Shown here piece by piece: positions 1 through 8,845 of a DNA stretch of 64,000 bases. Made by a program: the position numbers and the translations under genes. The notes below the pieces were generated by a model. The model saw nothing but the letters and a program-made list of their open reading frames with translations, was not told the DNA's origin and did not search any database. Position 1 is the stretch's first letter; every line of letters starts with the position of its first letter. Source of the stretch: a virus (lineage: Duplodnaviria; Caudoviricetes); the IMG/VR virus record IMGVR_UViG_3300027621_000007, positions 180-64,179 of that record; one strand, given 5' to 3'.

Positions 1-2834
1 CTACTAAAGTCATATCTTCCAACCATAAAGCTTGACTCGTTATTTAATAGGGTGTAATCTACGGTTGAATTTGCCGAAACAACTCCTTGGTCACTAATGT
101 AATATTCTATATCGCCTATATAATTAGCAGTAAACTCTTCCCAGGTCAAATAGTTGAACGGATAATTTTCATTATCATTTGAAGATATTCTTAATTGATT
201 TGGAGTTGCTGAAAATGGAAATTTAATATTTGTAAAATAATAATTTACAGTAGAACCTACAGTGTTAATGTAGTTCTGGTGTTGTTCTGGAGTAGCAAAG
301 TTAGGGTTGATAAAACTAAATAGTATATTTGGCACTGAAGGGACTAGGTATGTTTTATTTTGATCCCTATTTTTAGATATACCACCATAGCCTTGGTATG
401 GAGATGCCGACAAATCTATATCGTAGCTATCTTCAATTATATTTTCTATATGAACATAGAGCGGTGTAGCACCGTAGGGTATGATAAAGTTTCTAATTAT
501 ATCCTGAGGAGTAAATGTGACTACAGACTGTTTAGTAATGTCATTAGAATTATTGATCTTATTAGAAAAACGATCTGATCTAATCTTTGGTGTATTAACA
601 AGTCTTCTTTTTTTGGCATTGTAGATCTCTGAATTTATCTTTAGTTTTGTAGCATACGGTGAATCGTTTATTTGGGCTTCTGTTTTAATTATATTTTTGC
701 TTGTATTTTTTGCGTATGTATTTGGAGTTGCATCCAAAAATCCAATAGTTGCATAGTTGCCTGTTGCACCGCTTGGACCACTAGAGCTGATATAGCTAAC
801 TGTTGCTGCGTCTACGGAGTATAGCGGTATTTCGCTAAACGTGTACGACTCTGTGGCTGAAACGCTAAACGTATTAATGTAAGGTGTTCCACCTTGGTTG
901 TAATAAACAGAATCTCCCGTAGTGAATCCAGAAGGATTAAATATAGATCTTACAATATATTCCGGAGATGAAGTCTGATCGTATGTGTTCTTTATGTAGT
1001 CTTTAAAGCTTGCCGTATAGACAGCATCGTTTGGTATGTCGCCATGTAGATTCAACAAGAGCTTTACGTCATAGGTGATTGTTGCCATGTCATTTTCTAC
1101 ATAGTCTTCATAGTAGGAAATATAACTGTCGTACTTTACGTCTATTGGCTCATAAGCTGGTTCAGTGTTTTCATACTTGATTCCAGAAACTCTAAGACTA
1201 AAAGATGATTTACTAATTTCTCTATCTAGTTTTTCTAATTTAAGTCTTGCGTCTTCAAAATCGCCAATACCTGGCTGGTAGTAATCCGAATAAGCTTCAG
1301 GAGTTGCTGAGTCTAAGATCGATGGTATCGAAGATATACCTTCTTGATACTTTCCAGCGTAATCCCAGTACGCTTCTCCCCACTTAATGTAGCCATAGTT
1401 ACTTGGATACTTGACGTTAATGTATTCTACAAAATCAAAAAATTGTTTAGTTGGAATTCCATCTTTAGAAAAGTATTTTGACATTGTTTCTAAATCTGAT
1501 ATTTCTATAATTTCAGGAGTTGCTCCAACATATGTAGATTCTGGTGTTGCGCCAACAGCTCTCCATATGTCTAGCTCTCTTCTTAGGGTTAGCTTTAACC
1601 CCTCTGCATTAATGGCAGGAGGATTTTTGTAAACGTCTAAAATTCTTTTAGAGAAATTTGAATTTGATTCAAGGTACAATCTTTGTAGACCTACCTTAAC
1701 TCCAAACTCGTCAAAACTATTAAAACTCTGTATTGTGATTTGATCCACTAATGTATTATCTACTTTTAGCGTTGTAAATTTTCTTAGAGAATACAATTCT
1801 AATGTAGAAAAATTATAATAGAAAACATAATCAGTAGCTCTTGCTTCTATCAATTCTTTCATTGTTGAAACTCTAGCTAGTTCGGTATTATCTCCAATGA
1901 TCTTTACAAAACCAGGACTAACGTTAGTTGACACATACATCCAGGCAGTTTCCGAAAGTGTTGCAGAACCAATGTAGGAGTCTAATTCTATTCTAGAGAT
2001 TAATTCGTCCACTTTATCTAGGTCATCACCAATTAGCGCATTGATCATCTTTCCAGCGGTTGTTTCTGGCAATGCTAATGAAGGAGTTGCTCTGTCTAAC
2101 GAATCTCCATATATTTTAGTCCATGAAGGAAATCTTGCAAGAACGCTTCTTGTATGGTCTGATATAACAGGTACAGCAATTTCGTCTACCTGAGTCTGGA
2201 CCAGCAAAAGGAAGTTTGAATTTTCAAGCGAAGAGCTAGATGAAATTAATACTTCAAACTTACAGTACCTCTTGACATCTCTTATAAAGAGCAAGGATGT
2301 ACTTTGGTTTACATACGCAACCTGAAGCCACTCAGAGTCCTCTGCGTCTTCCTTATCAGAAGTGTAGACCTTAACCTCTACAGTCGGCTGTTCAGTCCCA
2401 GGAAGATTAGCAAATGCATGCTTGTAACCTATGATGTCTACCCTGCTTGTGGTATCAACAAACCTGTAAACTAACTGGGACTCATAGTCTGGGCCCATGA
2501 CCCAAAATGGTGAAGACTGAACTAGGTCAAAGATGTACCTTCCATCCTGATAATTATCAGAATTAAAAAAGCCGTATTCTCCAATAGTCTCTTCAAGGAT
2601 TATTTCGCCATAGTTGGTTACCTTGGTTGTTGAATCAAGCGTTGGAGTAGCATGTGGTCTTAACTCAGTTCCAACAAAAGTATAATCCCCTAGCTCGTTT
2701 AATCCATGCTGTGATCTAAGGGTTGAGAAGTTGGTGTAGAATCTATTTGAATATAGGTCGATGACATTGGACGTCCAAGTGTTGCCGCTGATACTAAAAT
2801 CAGAGTTATTTAATGCAAGGAAGTATGTCTTCAT
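1..2834 (-). CDS. Large virion/baseplate-associated protein, runs off the left edge (>=944 aa; MKTYFLALNNSDFSISGNTWTSNV...)
   Basis: ATG at 2834, just downstream of the metallophosphoesterase stop. The frame appears open to position 1, which explains its absence from the ORF track. It lies at the distal end of the baseplate module and contains 8 Ala-Thr-Pro tripeptides. Confidence 0.75.
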   Translation of the reverse strand, partial: MKTYFLALNNSDFSISGNTWTSNVIDLYSNRFYTNFSTLRSQHGLNELGDYTFVGTELRPHATPTLDSTTKVTNYGEIILEETIGEYGFFNSDNYQDGRYIFDLVQSSPFWVMGPDYESQLVYRFVDTTSRVDIIGYKHAFANLPGTEQPTVEVKVYTSDKEDAEDSEWLQVAYVNQSTSLLFIRDVKRYCKFEVLISSSSSLENSNFLLLVQTQVDEIAVPVISDHTRSVLARFPSWTKIYGDSLDRATPSLALPETTAGKMINALIGDDLDKVDELISRIELDSYIGSATLSETAWMYVSTNVSPGFVKIIGDNTELARVSTMKELIEARATDYVFYYNFSTLELYSLRKFTTLKVDNTLVDQITIQSFNSFDEFGVKVGLQRLYLESNSNFSKRILDVYKNPPAINAEGLKLTLRRELDIWRAVGATPESTYVGATPEIIEISDLETMSKYFSKDGIPTKQFFDFVEYINVKYPSNYGYIKWGEAYWDYAGKYQEGISSIPSILDSATPEAYSDYYQPGIGDFEDARLKLEKLDREISKSSFSLRVSGIKYENTEPAYEPIDVKYDSYISYYEDYVENDMATITYDVKLLLNLHGDIPNDAVYTASFKDYIKNTYDQTSSPEYIVRSIFNPSGFTTGDSVYYNQGGTPYINTFSVSATESYTFSEIPLYSVDAATVSYISSSGPSGATGNYATIGFLDATPNTYAKNTSKNIIKTEAQINDSPYATKLKINSEIYNAKKRRLVNTPKIRSDRFSNKINNSNDITKQSVVTFTPQDIIRNFIIPYGATPLYVHIENIIEDSYDIDLSASPYQGYGGISKNRDQNKTYLVPSVPNILFSFINPNFATPEQHQNYINTVGSTVNYYFTNIKFPFSATPNQLRISSNDNENYPFNYLTWEEFTANYIGDIEYYISDQGVVSANSTVDYTLLNNESSFMVGRYDFS

Positions 2835-2849
2835 CTAACCTTAATCCTA

Positions 2850-4115
2850 TTAAACTTCGTCAAGCCATATTGAATATTCTGAGGTAACTCCGTGTTCTGG
2901 ATGTACAAACATCAAGTGCTGACATGGTCTGCTCATCGAGTGGAAGTACTCTTGAGCATAAGTGTTATAGCTTTCTGGTGAACCAGATATTCTTAAAGTT
3001 GAGCTGCCTAGAGTCATTTTAGCCTGCTGGTGATAATGACCCATGAATACATCTTGGAACTCTTCTGGAATTGCACCGTCTTTCCAACCCATTACCTTCC
3101 TATAGTAACTAGTAATCGAGTTAGGCGAAGGCATTTGATCACCATGAATTAAAAGAGTTGAATAGTCACCGATCTGATCTACGGCGTACCAGTGTCTTTC
3201 ACCTCTTCCATCTGGAATATTAAAGTTAATTCTTGGATTACTAGCAAAGATTAGGCTGGTAATCTTATACAGAAGTCTGTCCATATTAGATTCTGGATCA
3301 TACATCTTTCTGTTTCTGCCACCAACAGATCCATGGTTTCCAATAACCGCAGTAACATTTACCTGGTTAAAGTTTTCAAGACTCGTAGCAAAGAACTTAC
3401 TTAAGATTTCTGGTCCATTGACACCAACTTGTCTATAGATCCCTGAGTCAATTAAGTGACTCTGTCCAGGAAATATCTCTTCTCCTTCAACGATGTCGCC
3501 CAGCATCCATACGTGTAGGTTGTCAATAGGGTGATCTGCTCTTTGTATTTCTACAATTTCTAGCATCTTTTGTGTATACAGTTCAATTCTTTTTGCGGTT
3601 ACTTCTGAATTGTAATCAGGCGTTACCTTGCCAAGTTGCCAGTCAGCAAAGACTACTACTGCAGTTTCGGGAGTTCCCTTGCCTGGTTTTCTTACATCTT
3701 TTCTTATAAGTGTTGGTAATTCAAAGTTAGAAAAGACATCGTGTGCTGCTCTATAGATGGTGTCAGAAGCCTGATCACTTATGTTCTTATACTTGTCCGC
3801 AGAACGAGCAAGTCTTTTGTTTTCCGATCTCAAAAAGTCTATAGTTGCTGACGGTACTGAAGAGGCGTAGTTCGGACTTATGCTTACGGTCTCATAGCTA
3901 TCTCCATCTATCTCATCTACTGTATCGTAAAATGAGTTTTGTCCAGTCGAAAAATAATGAGAGGCTTGCTCTTCATCTACCTCTTTAGCAAAGATATTGT
4001 CAACTAGCAAATCGCCAGGAACATCTTCGTCGCCCTCAATAATGCTGCGAGCATGCTTCATATTTTTAGCTTTGACTATATGAGTCTTCGTGACAAGAAA
4101 TAGCTTGTCTGACAT
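2850..4115 (-). CDS. Calcineurin-like metallophosphoesterase (Mre11/SbcD-like fold)
   Basis: Canonical motifs ADWQLG, GDIVEG, GNHG, HGD, GHYH; N-terminal coiled-coil-like segment. Confidence 0.85.
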   Translation of the reverse strand: MSDKLFLVTKTHIVKAKNMKHARSIIEGDEDVPGDLLVDNIFAKEVDEEQASHYFSTGQNSFYDTVDEIDGDSYETVSISPNYASSVPSATIDFLRSENKRLARSADKYKNISDQASDTIYRAAHDVFSNFELPTLIRKDVRKPGKGTPETAVVVFADWQLGKVTPDYNSEVTAKRIELYTQKMLEIVEIQRADHPIDNLHVWMLGDIVEGEEIFPGQSHLIDSGIYRQVGVNGPEILSKFFATSLENFNQVNVTAVIGNHGSVGGRNRKMYDPESNMDRLLYKITSLIFASNPRINFNIPDGRGERHWYAVDQIGDYSTLLIHGDQMPSPNSITSYYRKVMGWKDGAIPEEFQDVFMGHYHQQAKMTLGSSTLRISGSPESYNTYAQEYFHSMSRPCQHLMFVHPEHGVTSEYSIWLDEV

Positions 4116-4136
4116 GTGGGTACCACTCTTTCAGTT

Positions 4137-5306
4137 CTAATAACCTTGTGAAGACATTATAACAGAAAAAATCGATGCAGTTCCGGCTATCATGTACTCT
4201 CTTTCGGTATTTAGTCTAAAAATCCCTTTAGGTATTTCTTGCCCCTTTGAGGTGACACTCAAAACGTTTACGCTTTTAATGAATTCAGAAGATGCCCTAA
4301 TCTGACCTTCGATGTCTGAGTACGAGATAGAGCTTCCTATTGTCATAGAGTTTAAATATCTTCTAACAAACAAATTAGCCTGGTTTTCTATAGCTGAAAT
4401 AGCTGTTGTACTAAGCCCCTGTGGCAATACTATATTGGCAACAATGTTAATCCCAACTCTATCTGCAATTCTTATATTAAGTTTTATACCCACAGGTTTT
4501 CTACCAGACAAATTACTTGCAACATTTTGGACAAAGCTAGGGTCTATTCTCTGAGATTCTGGGACAATAATAATGTCACAAGAGCCAAGACCGTATGACG
4601 ATTCTCTAATTCTTACGTCTCTAACGCCTGGAAGTGAGAGGGCGTTGAGTCTTAGTGACTCTGCTGTGCCATGGGATCTTTCTTTGATTGAAAGGCTAAT
4701 TCTACGACGATAATTTTCGTCACTTTCCATACCAGAAGTAGAGTAAACCTCTTTTGGATTTGAACAATACACAATTGTTCCATCTGGTGCAGCGAAGTTA
4801 TGCTTTGTTAAGCTTCCTTTAGTGGCAGTAAAGTCTGCGCTACTAAAAGATGGTTTAATCCTTCCATAAGCTTTAGTGGTTCCAGCTATGATGGTTACAT
4901 CAGACTCTAGCTGATACTGATACTGTCTAGATGCAAAATCGGTAACATCATTATAGATAGAAGTTCCTTTAGTGACAACAATGTCTGATGAAGAAGGAGA
5001 GCTAATAAAAAACTCTATATTATAGCTTGATCTTTCTTGTTCTGCGTCTGGAGAAACGACCTTTCTTCCAACACCATAAAGCTCACCAATCAAATCAAGC
5101 GACCTACCAGAAGCTGTCGACATTGCCGTTTGGTCAACTGCAAACTTTAAAGCCTCATATAAATCGCCTACTTCTGTAGCAACTGCTTCAGCAAATGCTC
5201 TAGCAATAGCTCCAGGATATGTTGCCGTAATGCCAGCATTTTTTTCTAATGCCAAAAGCATCCTGCCTAGGATCTCTGGTTTACTTTTACTATATACTAT
5301 CGGCAT
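4137..5306 (-). CDS. Baseplate J-like wedge protein
   Basis: TASGRSLDLIGELYGVGR, GMESDENYRRRI and ALSLPGVRDV motifs typical of the baseplate J family; adjacent to a gp25-like gene. Confidence 0.85.
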   Translation of the reverse strand: MPIVYSKSKPEILGRMLLALEKNAGITATYPGAIARAFAEAVATEVGDLYEALKFAVDQTAMSTASGRSLDLIGELYGVGRKVVSPDAEQERSSYNIEFFISSPSSSDIVVTKGTSIYNDVTDFASRQYQYQLESDVTIIAGTTKAYGRIKPSFSSADFTATKGSLTKHNFAAPDGTIVYCSNPKEVYSTSGMESDENYRRRISLSIKERSHGTAESLRLNALSLPGVRDVRIRESSYGLGSCDIIIVPESQRIDPSFVQNVASNLSGRKPVGIKLNIRIADRVGINIVANIVLPQGLSTTAISAIENQANLFVRRYLNSMTIGSSISYSDIEGQIRASSEFIKSVNVLSVTSKGQEIPKGIFRLNTEREYMIAGTASIFSVIMSSQGY

Positions 5307-5318
5307 TTTTGCTCCTTA

Positions 5319-5702
5319 TTAAAGGTTTTGTGTGACCGACAGAGTTATCGGTTCAACACTATTATCTTCTATATGTACATCAAATCTAATTGAATCAGCA
5401 GATGTTGGTATGGCATCTATTGTTATAAATCTACCTTTAAATATACCACCTACAGTTTCATCCATGAGCGCATTTCTTATAATTCTCTTACCTAATTCAC
5501 CAGTAATTTTACTTTGTGGCATCCCGTAAAGCATTGAAAGGTCACAACCAAGCCTTGGATATACGGTAAAGTCATTTGGTTCTGTCATAAGTCTTATGTA
5601 TATCTGCTGGATATCTTTTCTAGACCCATCTCCTATAACAGCTATATCTTTATTAGGAGAAATTTTAATATCGCCACTAAGATCAAAATAGAAATCACTC
5701 AT
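5319..5702 (-). CDS. Baseplate wedge / sheath initiator (gp25/GPW-like)
   Basis: 127 aa; QQIYIRLMTEPND..VYPRLGCDL resembles the gp25-like signature; immediately upstream of baseplate J. Confidence 0.7.
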   Translation of the reverse strand: MSDFYFDLSGDIKISPNKDIAVIGDGSRKDIQQIYIRLMTEPNDFTVYPRLGCDLSMLYGMPQSKITGELGKRIIRNALMDETVGGIFKGRFITIDAIPTSADSIRFDVHIEDNSVEPITLSVTQNL

Positions 5703-6388
5703 TATTTATCCAAATCATTATCTATCCAAGGGAAATTTTCCATATTACTTGGTTCATTAAAATCACTTGTTTCCACCTTGGAAACTGAGTCTTGATAAGA
5801 GTATCCCATTTTAATAAACTCTTGCAATTTGGTTACTTCGGATTCAGTATGAGTTTTTGAATAAGCTTCTATTAAAGAAACTTGCTCAAAAGTGAATCCA
5901 TTTGGATCCACCGTAACCTCTGAGCCTTGCTGATTATTCAGACCTAATCCGTAGTTGCCTATTATAGTAATAGGTGTTACCACCTGTTCCTGTTCATAAT
6001 TTTCTAAATTATTTAAAAACTGCCCAGTTCTGTAATATGCTGGATTATTTAAAAAGTCTCCAGTCTTTAAAAGGGCAGGCTCGTTATATACATCTGCGGC
6101 TGGATTAAAGGACTTATCATTCCATCTTAAACCATCATCATCTTTGCAGTACATTTTAATGGAGTCTGCAAATATGGATATACTTCTAGTGTTTGGATTG
6201 ATAACTAAGCCAACACCAGGAGCTCCAAATATCTCTATTTCACCCATGTCTGTTATCCTAATAAAGGCTTTATTGTCTGGGTGAGTCAATCCCACTTCTC
6301 TATGTGAGAATTCTTTTCTTCTCTTTATTTCTGCTGTTTCATTAAAAACAGGAGACTCTTTAAACTCTTCGTTATTTATATTTAACAT
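5702..6388 (-). CDS. Baseplate-associated protein, possibly the beta-rich part of the spike
   Basis: Beta-strand-rich N-half (FIRITDMGEIEIFG..GLVIN..SISIFA); sits between the gpV-like and gp25-like genes. Confidence 0.4.
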   Translation of the reverse strand: MLNINNEEFKESPVFNETAEIKRRKEFSHREVGLTHPDNKAFIRITDMGEIEIFGAPGVGLVINPNTRSISIFADSIKMYCKDDDGLRWNDKSFNPAADVYNEPALLKTGDFLNNPAYYRTGQFLNNLENYEQEQVVTPITIIGNYGLGLNNQQGSEVTVDPNGFTFEQVSLIEAYSKTHTESEVTKLQEFIKMGYSYQDSVSKVETSDFNEPSNMENFPWIDNDLDK

Positions 6389-6393
6389 AATAA

Positions 6394-6756
6394 TTAGACC
6401 ATAAACTTTGGTATGCCGGTGTCTATAGAGGTGTTTCTAGTACCTTTATGAGACTGAATGTCATTAAAGTACATTAAGATATATGGCTTTTTTTCTTCTG
6501 CATCTCTAAACCCCACCATGCAGCGTGTCCCCGGAGCAGGAGCAACTGTTTGGATACCATATACAAATGGGCACGGTACGTTAGGAAGCATATTACCTAT
6601 AAGATCAGAATACTTTTCGTCGACCATAACTGTTGCAGTATTTTGCGCTGAGTTGTAAGCCATTATTGTACCTGGTCTATTCTTTGATTGCTTAAAAGAA
6701 GCTTCATCTATTCTATCAGTAATTCTTTTATCAAACTTTGGATAATTTAATGCCAT
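6394..6756 (-). CDS. Baseplate spike N-terminal OB-fold protein (gpV/Gp138-like)
   Basis: PGTIMAYN...TATVMV...LPNVP...APAPGTRCMVGF...PYIL matches the gpV OB-fold pattern. Confidence 0.65.
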   Translation of the reverse strand: MALNYPKFDKRITDRIDEASFKQSKNRPGTIMAYNSAQNTATVMVDEKYSDLIGNMLPNVPCPFVYGIQTVAPAPGTRCMVGFRDAEEKKPYILMYFNDIQSHKGTRNTSIDTGIPKFMV

Positions 6757-6767
6757 AATATTTCCTC

Positions 6768-8840
6768 CTACAATACGTTTCCATCTTTATCGTACACAGA
6801 ACCACCCATCCATCCTTCTATGTATGAATAGGCTCTTGATTTCTGTGGTATGTTTGTTCTAATCCATTTTCTTAAATTAGCATCTGTTCCGCCTCTATTC
6901 AAATAAACTGACAATGCGGTAGAGAATTTTGTTTTAAATATAAAACCTGGGACAAAATCATCGCCGTAGTCTCCCCATGGACGAAAGCAGTATTCGTCGA
7001 TTGGTTCATTCCTTTTAATTACTTTAGCAACTCTTGCAGGTTCAGTAGCTGTAACAGCCAGCATCAATGCTTGGTTATAGGGTATCCAAACCCTTTTATC
7101 TACAGTAGCTCGTGTTGCTTGATTCTGCACTTTTACAGCCAATGTCTTTGGGTCATTGTCTGAGTCAATTGAATAAGCTAATTTGTAACCTAAAGCGGTG
7201 CTATCTTCTGGCTGTCCAGATGCATTATACTTTAGGTAAAATGTTTTGGGGCCGTTCGCATTTGGCAGTAAGTTTATTTGGAATAAGCCAACAGAAAAGT
7301 CACCAGTACTGCGATCTGTATTAATGGCACCTGGACTAATGTTTGCCTCTCTTTGAGCAATTGCCGTAAATATCGCAGAAACTTCAAGACTAAATAATCC
7401 AGATGTTGACAATAGTGCCATCAACTCATCTGTAGACAAAGAACCTGCAACATCATTTGCAAAGTTCTGTTTAAATCTATCCATGCTTATTCCGCTTTGT
7501 GCATCTTGTCCAGTAAAGCTAACGCCAGTTATTGCAGTAGCTATTTCTGGAGTTATAAATGACCCAGCTCTCTGTGGAGAAAAGCTAACATGTATGTGAT
7601 CTCTATGGCTTGAGTCAACTGCAAAGTTAACAAACCTACCTAGGTTTGGATATTTTGTCCTAACTGCCGCGTTGGCTCCTTCTAAACCATTTTCAGCTAT
7701 TCCTAACTCAGCCATCAATTGATCATGTACGACTATTAGATCTGGATGCAAATCTTGCGTTAGGCCATTTAATGTAGTTAACAATAGATGCAACCCTTTT
7801 CTATATGTATCTATATTTTTAGACAATAGATCTGCTACAGTAACAGAATTACCAACAGCCATAATATCAAAACCTCTACCAAATGCATGGTCGCTTACGC
7901 TGTTATTTTCTGCGGTAAGCAGAGAAAAATTTGGACCAACTAAAGTTCTGACACCAGTTCCTCCTTGTATAAAAATTTTGTTAGTCACTTGAAGCATCAT
8001 CTCTATTAGAGCTGCTGAAATATTACATTTTTTACTCCCACTACCCAAAAGACTTGGATCAACAGGTAGAGCTTGCATAGAACCAGATATATAACTTGGC
8101 TCTTGATTAATTGCAAAACCAAGAGTTGAAAGATTTTGTCCTTCTTTATTTGTATTAAAATCTATAGTAAATGCACTAACTGAACCCTTAAAGTTTGCTT
8201 TGTTATTTAGCTCAGCTACCTTAGTTACGTATACTTCTTTTTCTTGATCGCTTAGTATTGAATCTAATGCAATTGCCCTAGAGCCACCATTCAAAACCAT
8301 TCCCGGTTCCATAGAGGGAATGTATCCTGAAGTTTTTTCTGCTACAGTAGCTCCCATTTCACTGGTCACATATGCTATATCTGAACTTGTTGGCTGCACA
8401 GTGCTATTAATAATATCGTTATTTAATGCTTTAATCGATTCAGAAAAACCACTAGGAGCATATCCCGTTGTCAACATTGAGTTTTTAGCTATTTCCATCT
8501 TTGCCGCTGCACCAGTTAAGGGAGTGCCTCTTGGATCATTTGGATCAGAAATTTTTACGTCATCACCTAGATCAGACATCGATGCAATTATCCCGTGCAT
8601 TGCCGATTGAGTGCTCTGCGCGTATGCGTTGATCGCAAAAGCTGGATTCCTATAGAGGCCATCACCTTGAATTAATTTTATTGGGTCAGAGCTTCTTAGG
8701 GTTCTATCTTGATATGGCTGTTGCGACATTGTTGTGCCAGTTATCACAACCTCTCCATTTGGATAGAATGATTCACTTATCTTATTTGCAATACTTGCTG
8801 TACTGGATAAGTCTGAAGAATTTATTCCTGTGTCTGACAT
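6768..8840 (-). CDS. Tail-associated peptidoglycan hydrolase: M15-like Zn peptidase plus lytic transglycosylase (SLT-like) domain
   Basis: SDHAFGRGFD and HRDHIHVS (H-x6-D...HxH Zn ligands); AIAQREAN...SVGLFQIN...PW lysozyme-fold motifs. Confidence 0.75.
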   Translation of the reverse strand: MSDTGINSSDLSSTASIANKISESFYPNGEVVITGTTMSQQPYQDRTLRSSDPIKLIQGDGLYRNPAFAINAYAQSTQSAMHGIIASMSDLGDDVKISDPNDPRGTPLTGAAAKMEIAKNSMLTTGYAPSGFSESIKALNNDIINSTVQPTSSDIAYVTSEMGATVAEKTSGYIPSMEPGMVLNGGSRAIALDSILSDQEKEVYVTKVAELNNKANFKGSVSAFTIDFNTNKEGQNLSTLGFAINQEPSYISGSMQALPVDPSLLGSGSKKCNISAALIEMMLQVTNKIFIQGGTGVRTLVGPNFSLLTAENNSVSDHAFGRGFDIMAVGNSVTVADLLSKNIDTYRKGLHLLLTTLNGLTQDLHPDLIVVHDQLMAELGIAENGLEGANAAVRTKYPNLGRFVNFAVDSSHRDHIHVSFSPQRAGSFITPEIATAITGVSFTGQDAQSGISMDRFKQNFANDVAGSLSTDELMALLSTSGLFSLEVSAIFTAIAQREANISPGAINTDRSTGDFSVGLFQINLLPNANGPKTFYLKYNASGQPEDSTALGYKLAYSIDSDNDPKTLAVKVQNQATRATVDKRVWIPYNQALMLAVTATEPARVAKVIKRNEPIDEYCFRPWGDYGDDFVPGFIFKTKFSTALSVYLNRGGTDANLRKWIRTNIPQKSRAYSYIEGWMGGSVYDKDGNVL

Positions 8841-8845
8841 ATTAC

